Of a stretch of 64,000 nt of DNA, positions 45,862 to 52,234 are shown piece after piece. The notes below the pieces were generated by a model. The model did not search any database. It was not told the DNA's origin and saw only the letters and a list, made by a program, of their open reading frames with translations. Position 1 is the first letter of the stretch. The number at the start of each line of letters is the position of its first letter. The position numbers were made by a program, and so were the translations under genes. The stretch covers positions 41,411-105,410 of the forward strand of contig DAOPKN010000002.1 of the NCBI GenBank assembly GCA_035391225.1, read 5' to 3'. Source of the stretch: Thermotogota bacterium. GTDB lineage: Bacteria; Thermotogota; Thermotogae; MWEM01.

Positions 45862-46703
45862 CGTGTTTTCATCTCCCCGGAAAGATGGTAGAAAACGATC
45901 CCGACCCATTCGTGCCACGCGCTGGCCAATGCGGAGAAGGCAGAAATCGAGGGAAGCCAGTCAAACCAATCGGTTGCAACGTCAAAGGAATAGTCACAAG
46001 GAACGGCCACCAGTTGGATCCCACGACCTTCCAGGAACGCGGAAAAAACCAACATGGCTCTTTTCATGTGGTTGGCGGACGTAACGAGGTACAGGGTTTT
46101 CACGGAAGGGGGGAGAAGGGCCACCGATAACGCGGCGTTTTGCGCGGTGGTTTTCGCTTGGTTCTCCACGAAAACCAAGGAATCCGCAACGCCCCATTCG
46201 CGAAGTTGCACAGCCATCGTTTCGGCAACGGGAGCAAACGCACCCCCCAAAAGGCCCCCGGTAACGAGGATGGGCCAAGAAGTCTTCTGGGACAGGGAAA
46301 ACCCGCAATTCAAGCGTGCCAAGCAAATGGGGTCCAGCACGTCACCCGTTTGCGAAGAGAAATGCACCGGGAAACCCGAAAGCTGCCCGGAGGAGAGCAC
46401 CACGATCCAATTTTCGTCCCCATCCCCCTTCACAGCATCGTGCGAAAGGGTAAACGGGGGAAAGGCTCCTTCCAGGGTGCCGACAAGGGGACGCACGAAA
46501 ACGGGGGAGCTGGAAAGGTATACGACAAAAGCGATGAGGAAAACCCAAAGGGATTTCTTCCGCTCCTTTCGGAACAACCAAAAGAATAAGCCCCATGCCA
46601 GCAGCAACGAACAGACCAACCCCGGTAATTCCACGAAAGAGGCCACCACTTTCTGCAGAACGAACACCCTTTCCCCACCTTTCCGAAAGCGCTCATGCTC
46701 CAT
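45858..46703 (-). CDS. DUF218 (YdcF/ElyC/SanA-like) membrane-anchored protein
   Basis: N-terminal TM helices, then the DUF218 core (..ILVTGG.., ..LYLVTSANHMKRAMLVF..). The start is uncertain: ATG 46703 or GTG 46739. Confidence 0.75.
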   Translation of the reverse strand: MEHERFRKGGERVFVLQKVVASFVELPGLVCSLLLAWGLFFWLFRKERKKSLWVFLIAFVVYLSSSPVFVRPLVGTLEGAFPPFTLSHDAVKGDGDENWIVVLSSGQLSGFPVHFSSQTGDVLDPICLARLNCGFSLSQKTSWPILVTGGLLGGAFAPVAETMAVQLREWGVADSLVFVENQAKTTAQNAALSVALLPPSVKTLYLVTSANHMKRAMLVFSAFLEGRGIQLVAVPCDYSFDVATDWFDWLPSISAFSALASAWHEWVGIVFYHLSGEMKTR

Positions 46704-46742
46704 GATCCCTGAACTCTTCGCGTCGCCGCAAAGCGGCACTAC

Positions 46743-46823
46743 AAAAAAAGCTGCCTCCTACGAAAAGGGCCTACTCGAAAAAGCCAAGACCCAGGTTCGT
46801 AGCCAGTGAAGACAGGAGACAGC
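46743..46823 (-). promoter_or_regulatory. Leader RNA with terminator-like structure (9-bp closing helix plus U7) upstream of the DUF218 operon
   Basis: On the minus strand, GCUGUCUCC (46823-46815) pairs with GGAGGCAGC (46758-46750), one G-U included. A U7 run follows at 46749-46743. An alternative helix CUACGAA (46802-46796) / UUCGUAG (46764-46758) competes for the 3' arm. Confidence 0.45.
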
Positions 46824-46842
46824 CAACATGGTATCCGCTTTG

Positions 46843-46851
46843 ATTGTACCA
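46843..46851 (-). promoter_or_regulatory. Extended -10 promoter (TGGTACAAT) for the DUF218 / beta-protein / GT2 operon
   Basis: The minus strand reads TGGTACAAT, the same nonamer as upstream of rsmH. Confidence 0.45.
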
Positions 46852-47044
46852 CAATCTCCCCGGGGGCTGTCCAAAGCGCATGTGCCCTGTTTCCACGTTT
46901 CGGAAAACGCGTTCTGCCCCAAATTCCTGGGGAAGGAACAAAACCAGGTACCGCGAGGGACGTTCATGCACCTTCTCTTTCCGAAAAAACACAAACTGCT
47001 TCCTTTGCTTTGGCGATCCTGGAGATACCCCGGTACCTACATTC

Positions 47045-47415
47045 CCAACGTTCCGAAAAAGAGCCGCACTGGGGTGCCGCGATCCCAAAGAGCAAGGACA
47101 GCAACGTCATTGGTTCGGAGGTTTGCTGGGACCGCCGCAGCCCACTGCGGCTGTTTTCGAGAAGCTAAGGATCGAGTAGGAGGCTACCCATTCGTAGGGT
47201 AGCCGTCCTCTCACACCACCGTGCGTGCCGTTCGCCGCTTCCATGTCCGCTGCTGACGTGTCGCACCTGGGCACGCCGAACGGTTCGGGTTTGGCGCAGC
47301 CTTGCCCTGGGCGAGCCGTTGCGACTGCCGCGGTGGAAGCGGACTCTCCCCCTGAGGACATCTCTGGCTGGGAGGCAAAGCTCCACATGGGTAAGGGAAA
47401 CACCACGGAACCCAA
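47045..47415 (-). ncRNA. rnpB: Probable RNase P RNA (bacterial type A-like, divergent); boundaries approximate
   Basis: There is no credible ORF in any frame. On the minus strand, type-A consensus-like blocks occur in canonical order: GGGAGAGUCCGC, CAGGGCAAGGCUGCGCC, GGUGCGACACG, ACGGUGGUGUGAGAG, CCCAGCAAACC, AAUGACGUUGCUGUCC, CAGUGCGGCUCUU. A P4-like pairing joins AGAG-U-CCGC (47347-47339) to GCGGCUCU (47067-47060) with one bulged U. A P1-like helix joins GUUCCG (47411-47406) to CGGAAC (47055-47050). Not verified with a covariance model. Confidence 0.6.
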
Positions 47416-47521
47416 GAAGCGGCGGTTCCTACTGGCTTGCGGGGGCTGCCGCAAGGGCCAGAGCCCGCAACAACACTTTCGCATGCGGGGGAAGTTCCCG
47501 CTCATGCTCTGCATGGAGTTG

Positions 47522-47530
47522 TGATATAAT
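47522..47530 (+). promoter_or_regulatory. Extended -10 promoter (TGATATAAT) for the sensor/regulator cluster
   Basis: TGATATAAT lies 39 nt upstream of GTG 47569. GAAGGGAG RBS at 47553-47560. Confidence 0.5.
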
Positions 47531-47568
47531 TACGCGATCGTTTTCCACTATGCGAAGGGAGTTACCTG

Positions 47569-48426
47569 GTGAAACTAGTCCTTGGAATCGCGGTTCTTCT
47601 CGGTGGTATTCTCATCCTTTTTGCCAGCAGTGGGATTCCAGCGTGGGGGAACCTGTTGGTCAATCTTTTCCTGTTTTGGCCCGTTTTCCTCGTGCTTGTC
47701 GGAATCGGGATCTTGGCGTCCATGAAATCCTTCCGTTGGTTGCGATACGTGAACGTCGTGCTGGCCATGTGTTTCCTGCTTTTCCTCTTTTTGTATCCGG
47801 GGTCAAAGGTCTTTGAGACTTCGTCCGGTACGAACGCGTTCGCTTTCGCGGTGGAAAATTCCCAAAAGCTCCAAGTGGTTACCAGCCTGCCCGTGCTGGA
47901 GCTGGTATTGCGCGATGCCCCCTGTGCCTCCGCGTGCACCATTTCTGGCTTTTTTACCGGCGATCCCGATGCTGTCAAAATCGAAAACCGGGAAAACCGG
48001 TTGTTCTTCTCGCGCGTGGAGGACCGTTTTCGATGGGTTCCGGGTGTGCACCGCTTGGAATTGCAAATCCCTTCGGGAATGGAAGTGGAGATCATTTCCG
48101 ATGGCCTTTACCTGGAAGCCAAGTTGGACTTCCACCGAAACCCCGTGCATACGATTGACGTGCGTACGGGGCTTTTTGGGTTGAATGGATCCATCGTGGA
48201 ATTGGACAAGCCGCTCCATGTATGGGTGCGCAGCGTGGTCTTCCAATCCGACCTGCAGATCCCCCCGGGAAGCTCCTTCCTCTTCAAGGAATCAGGGGGA
48301 GCCCAGTTCTTGGACTTTGCTCCAGGGTTGCGTCGTTTCGAGGCCCCTTCCAGCATGTACCCTCCAGATTTCCTGGAGCTGTTCGTGGAAGCTGTTTTCA
48401 TGAAAATCGACTTGGACACACTGTAA
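47569..48426 (+). CDS. Membrane protein: N-terminal TM bundle plus C-terminal beta-rich domain (LiaF/DUF4097-like?)
   Basis: GTG start with RBS. Four hydrophobic helices in the first ~85 aa, then a beta-strand-rich region. The family assignment is tentative. Confidence 0.65.
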   Translation: MKLVLGIAVLLGGILILFASSGIPAWGNLLVNLFLFWPVFLVLVGIGILASMKSFRWLRYVNVVLAMCFLLFLFLYPGSKVFETSSGTNAFAFAVENSQKLQVVTSLPVLELVLRDAPCASACTISGFFTGDPDAVKIENRENRLFFSRVEDRFRWVPGVHRLELQIPSGMEVEIISDGLYLEAKLDFHRNPVHTIDVRTGLFGLNGSIVELDKPLHVWVRSVVFQSDLQIPPGSSFLFKESGGAQFLDFAPGLRRFEAPSSMYPPDFLELFVEAVFMKIDLDTL

Positions 48427-48442
48427 AGGAAGGTGAAGTAAA

Positions 48443-49063
48443 ATGGCAAGAATCTTGATTGCCGATGATTCCTTTTTGATGCGCAAGAACCTCAAAACCA
48501 TCTTTTCCCAGGCAGGGCACGAGGTGGTGTCGGAAGCTAGTAATGGAAAAGCAGCGGTGCGTGCATACCGGGAAGTGCGACCTGACCTGGTCACCATGGA
48601 CATCACCATGCCCGTGATGTCGGGGATCGATGCTGTGAAAGAGATTATCGAAGAATTCCCGGACGCCTGTATCGTGATGATCACCGCGATCGATCAAAAG
48701 CACATGGTGTTCCAGGCCATCAACTACGGGGCCCGCCATTACATCATAAAGCCCTTCAACGTCAGCAAAGTTTTGTCGGTTGTCAACACGGTACTGGACA
48801 ACTCCGTCCCCGAACCCGAGAAGGACGCCTCGTACACTGTGGAAAAAAATGGCGAGAGGTATTGCATAACGATTCGTGAGCGTATCAGTCCCGAAACCCT
48901 GACCATGATTTCCGGTACCGTCCAAGGTCTCCTGCTAACCCGACCCCAGGGTTTCCTGTTCGACCTCACTACCAACCCCTCTTCCGACGAAGTGTTCTTG
49001 CAGATCAAGCCCCTGGTGCGCATGATCGAGGAAAAAGGTGGTAACGTGGACGTGCGCTTGTAA
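48443..49063 (+). CDS. CheY-like response regulator with an ~85-aa C-terminal domain of unknown type
   Basis: Receiver motifs are ILIADDS, DLVTMDITMPVMSG and the conserved Lys in YIIKPF. The C-terminal extension has no recognised output motif. Confidence 0.85.
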   Translation: MARILIADDSFLMRKNLKTIFSQAGHEVVSEASNGKAAVRAYREVRPDLVTMDITMPVMSGIDAVKEIIEEFPDACIVMITAIDQKHMVFQAINYGARHYIIKPFNVSKVLSVVNTVLDNSVPEPEKDASYTVEKNGERYCITIRERISPETLTMISGTVQGLLLTRPQGFLFDLTTNPSSDEVFLQIKPLVRMIEEKGGNVDVRL

Positions 49064-49066
49064 GAT

Positions 49067-52000
49067 ATGCAGGGTTTTCGGGGTCTTCTTTCCAGGCTCA
49101 AACCCTACTCCGGCCTTTTCCTGGCGGGGTTGATTTTCTTTGGTCTTTTCTCTTTCTTCCTGTGGTTCGTGCATCCGGGTCGCGCTTACCAGGTTCCCGA
49201 GTGGAAGGTGCAGGTGGGGGAAACCCAGCTCACGCAAAACTTTCCCTACGACTTCACCGTGCGGGGCGGTTCGGAAATCGTTCTTTCCGCTGCCGTTCCC
49301 CCGCAGATGCAGACACTTGTGCTTCCCCAGGTGATCGCCGATCGTGTGGAAGTCCAGTTGAACGGCGAAAACATAGCGCTTTTCGAAGGGCACAGGCCAT
49401 TCGATAGCTGGTTTGTTCCCCGCTGGGTTTGCCTGGACGATTTCGTTTCCCCCGGAGAAAACCGCGTTACCCTGCGGGTGCAATCCCGTGGGCGCATACT
49501 CATGAGCCAAAGTCCCTATTTCCAGGACAGCGATCTGTTCCTGTATCGCTTGGAATGGTTCACGTTTTTCAACGACGAAGTAACGCTCATGGTAATGGGT
49601 ATGTGTTTCCTTTTGGGCTTCCTTTTGATTTTCTTGGGAAGGTTGGTGCCCGATCACAAGCAGAGTTACGTTGCGATCGGCGTTTCGTGTTTCTTTATTG
49701 GTTTGGGTTTCTTGGAGAGCTTCTACCGCAAGCTGGTCCCCTTGGGATCCTTTTCGTGGATCTTGGAATCTTTGAAATACGTGTACCTTCTGCTGGCCAC
49801 GTACTTGATCATGTATGGCATCGAGTCATACCAGGACTTTTCCGCGCGCTTCTCGCGCAAGGTTCTTCTGGTAAACTTGGTGTGCCTGGGATTGAGTATG
49901 ATCGGGTTCGTGCAAGCCTTTTTGTTCGCGATTTGCCTGGATGTCCTGCTGATGGTGTTCAACCTGGTGCGCAAGAAACAGTCCAAGTTTTCCCTTCCCG
50001 CCATGCTTCTGGCACTCTCCATCCTGTACGAAATCGTGAAAGGGTTTTCCCTGCGGCTTCCCTCCTTTCCCATGCTAACCTATGGAACCTTTGCCATCAC
50101 CTTGGGAAGTGGGTTTGTACTGGTTCGGGATTACCAGAAAACCCACCAGGAACTGCAAGCCACCTCTTCGGAGCTTTTTGCCTCCTACGAAGAGATGACA
50201 GCCATGAACGAGGAATTGGAGAGTTCCTACCGGGAATTGGACAAGAAAGTGGAAGAACGCACACGGGAGCTCAACGTGGCCATTTCCTCGCTGCAAATGC
50301 TCATGGACAATACCGATGACGGTTTTTTATCCTTCCAAAAAGACCTTTTGGTGGAACCGGTGTACAGCAAGGAATGCCGAACCATTTTCGGCTTCGACCT
50401 TCAGGGAAAGCACTTCCCTTCCCTGGTCTTTCCGAAAGACCCCGAGATGCATGGCTTCTTGGAGAGTATCTTCCCCCGCATTCTTTCCGAGGATAGCTTC
50501 CAAAGCCAGGAGATGTTAATTTCCCTCCTGCCGGAAGAGGCCCAAATCAAGGACAAAACGGTGATCTTCGAGTACCGTCTCATCGGTGGGGAGGGCGGTG
50601 TGAAACGCATCATGGTCATCCTGCGGGACATCACCGAGAGAAGGCAACTGGAAAACAAAATCGAACGGGAACGCAACATTTTGAAAATGGTGGTGCACGT
50701 TCTGCGCAACCGCGAAGACTTCCTGGAAACCCTGAATGACTTCCAGGAATTCCTGGTGCATGGGGCCCACCAGATCGCCTCCCTCACGGTTGCCGGCGAA
50801 GACCGTTCCGCCATGCTGTTTCGCTCGATTCACACCTTCAAGGGCAACTTCTCCAATTTCGACTTGATGCACGTGGTGCAAGCGTTGCACCAGTTGGAAA
50901 CGGAGATTTCCAAGCGTCAGCAAGAGTTGCAGGCAATGGATCCGGAGAAATGGGAAGCCTTTTTCCGCGAGTTTGGTTTAGGGCGGGCTTTGCAGAAGGA
51001 CTTGGCCATCCTCAAGGAAAACATTTCGCCCGAGTTTTTCGACACACAGAGCCGCTGCATGATTCACCCGGATCGATTGGTTTCGCTGGAGCGCAAGATC
51101 AACAGCGAACTCCCCTCCCCCCTTTCGGAAGATATCATCGGGGAACTTCGGAAGATCCGCTACCAGTCTCTCAAGGAATTGCTGAACCATGTTCCTTCTT
51201 TCGTGAACCGACTGGCATTGCGTTTGGGAAAATTCGTCTACCCCGTGCGGCTGGAAGGCGAAGATGTCTTGGTAGACCGCGAGTATTTCAAGGGGTTGAC
51301 AAAGGCACTGGTGCACGTTTTCCGTAACGCTGTGGACCATGGCATCGAAGGGATCGAAGAAAGGATTTCCAAGGGAAAACCCGAATACGGCAGCATTCGT
51401 GTGATGATTCGCCTGCAGGGTCTATCGGTGGAGATCTGCGTGGAAGATGACGGAAGGGGCATTGACCTGGAGCAGGTACGCAGTCATGCCCTGAAAAAAG
51501 GGTTCCTGGGAAAGGAGTGCGACTCCGATCCCGCGACGAACCAGGCGCTGATCGATTGCCTTTTCGCGGATTCTTTTTCGACGCGGGAGCAAGTTTCCAC
51601 CGTCTCCGGGCGGGGAGTAGGCCTTTCGGCCTTGAAAACGGAACTCCGAAAGATGGGCGGAGAAGCAACGCTGGAGACGGAAAAGGGCAAGTTTACGCGC
51701 TTTTGCTTTCGGGTGCCCCTGAACCAAATCAAGCCCAAGCGCATCTCGCCGGAGGAAATCCTCGGACCCTTGGTGCAGAATTCCAAGGAGTACCTGCGAA
51801 AGAGCGCCGCCATTCCGGAAAAGCACCTTGGGAAGTGGGAGACCCGGGAAGCGGATGTGGTGGACTTGCAAGCCTACTCCGCCTTTTTCACCATACTTGG
51901 TGCGGCGCGTAGCGTGTTCTGCATTTCCATGAACCACGAAATGGCCCATCGACTGGTGGATTCGTTCTCCCTCGAAGGCATTTCGAGCGGGGAAGAAACC

Positions 52001-52234
52001 CTGCTCCTGGAAGATGGGGTAGCGGAGATCGGCAACATCATCCTGGGAAATTCCTTGAAAAGCATTGCACCCGACGAGAATCTTGTCACGTTCCAATCAC
52101 CCATCACGATGCACACGATCTCGGGCAAGATCCGATCTGGGCAAAGCCGGGTGTTGACCACGCACTTCCACGACGGGGAAAAAACACTTTGCCTTTACCT
52201 CATCACGGATTTCCCGGAGTACCAGGGAGGATGA
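49067..52234 (+). CDS. 7TM-receptor sensor fused to CheA-like HPt + kinase core and a CheC/CheX-like domain
   Basis: Periplasmic beta-domain plus a 7-TM block, then a coiled coil. HPt motif SIHTFKGNF. CheA-type kinase motifs VHVFRNAVDHGIE, DDGRGID and GRGVGLSALK. The C-terminal DGVAEIGNIILGNS fits the CheC/CheX D-x3-E-x2-N motif. No CheW-like P5 domain. Confidence 0.85.
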   Translation: MQGFRGLLSRLKPYSGLFLAGLIFFGLFSFFLWFVHPGRAYQVPEWKVQVGETQLTQNFPYDFTVRGGSEIVLSAAVPPQMQTLVLPQVIADRVEVQLNGENIALFEGHRPFDSWFVPRWVCLDDFVSPGENRVTLRVQSRGRILMSQSPYFQDSDLFLYRLEWFTFFNDEVTLMVMGMCFLLGFLLIFLGRLVPDHKQSYVAIGVSCFFIGLGFLESFYRKLVPLGSFSWILESLKYVYLLLATYLIMYGIESYQDFSARFSRKVLLVNLVCLGLSMIGFVQAFLFAICLDVLLMVFNLVRKKQSKFSLPAMLLALSILYEIVKGFSLRLPSFPMLTYGTFAITLGSGFVLVRDYQKTHQELQATSSELFASYEEMTAMNEELESSYRELDKKVEERTRELNVAISSLQMLMDNTDDGFLSFQKDLLVEPVYSKECRTIFGFDLQGKHFPSLVFPKDPEMHGFLESIFPRILSEDSFQSQEMLISLLPEEAQIKDKTVIFEYRLIGGEGGVKRIMVILRDITERRQLENKIERERNILKMVVHVLRNREDFLETLNDFQEFLVHGAHQIASLTVAGEDRSAMLFRSIHTFKGNFSNFDLMHVVQALHQLETEISKRQQELQAMDPEKWEAFFREFGLGRALQKDLAILKENISPEFFDTQSRCMIHPDRLVSLERKINSELPSPLSEDIIGELRKIRYQSLKELLNHVPSFVNRLALRLGKFVYPVRLEGEDVLVDREYFKGLTKALVHVFRNAVDHGIEGIEERISKGKPEYGSIRVMIRLQGLSVEICVEDDGRGIDLEQVRSHALKKGFLGKECDSDPATNQALIDCLFADSFSTREQVSTVSGRGVGLSALKTELRKMGGEATLETEKGKFTRFCFRVPLNQIKPKRISPEEILGPLVQNSKEYLRKSAAIPEKHLGKWETREADVVDLQAYSAFFTILGAARSVFCISMNHEMAHRLVDSFSLEGISSGEETLLLEDGVAEIGNIILGNSLKSIAPDENLVTFQSPITMHTISGKIRSGQSRVLTTHFHDGEKTLCLYLITDFPEYQGG

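Noticed and set aside
43162-45891. 909-aa ORF on the plus strand, the longest unexplained ORF in the track
   Set aside because: It is entirely antisense to the GT2 and beta-protein genes, which have clear motifs, signal peptides and coupled start/stop codons. Its translation is low-complexity and rich in Gly/Arg/Pro/His/Glu. This is a typical shadow ORF in GC-rich DNA.
46806-47202. Three overlapping plus-strand ORFs (111-124 aa), plus minus-strand ORFs at 46771-47088 and 47107-47514
   Set aside because: Several frames are open simultaneously, the peptides have no coding-like composition, and there is no RBS. The region is better explained as structured RNA.
47221-47260. Group II intron 5' end (GUGCGAC on the minus strand) and a domain V-like hairpin at 47135-47160
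   Set aside because: The hairpin is only 7 bp with a UGGG loop. It has no AGC triad/bulge geometry and no GNRA loop. There is no intron-encoded protein and no 3' AY context.
47385-47470. Cobalamin riboswitch-like strings on the plus strand (AAGGGAAAC..., GCCAGAGCCCGC). tmRNA and SRP RNA were also considered for the island.
   Set aside because: The core B12 box and the GGUG...UCC pairing are not satisfied, and the downstream gene has its own promoter after this region. There is no tRNA-like T-arm/acceptor for tmRNA and no GGAA-tetraloop helix 8 motif for SRP RNA.
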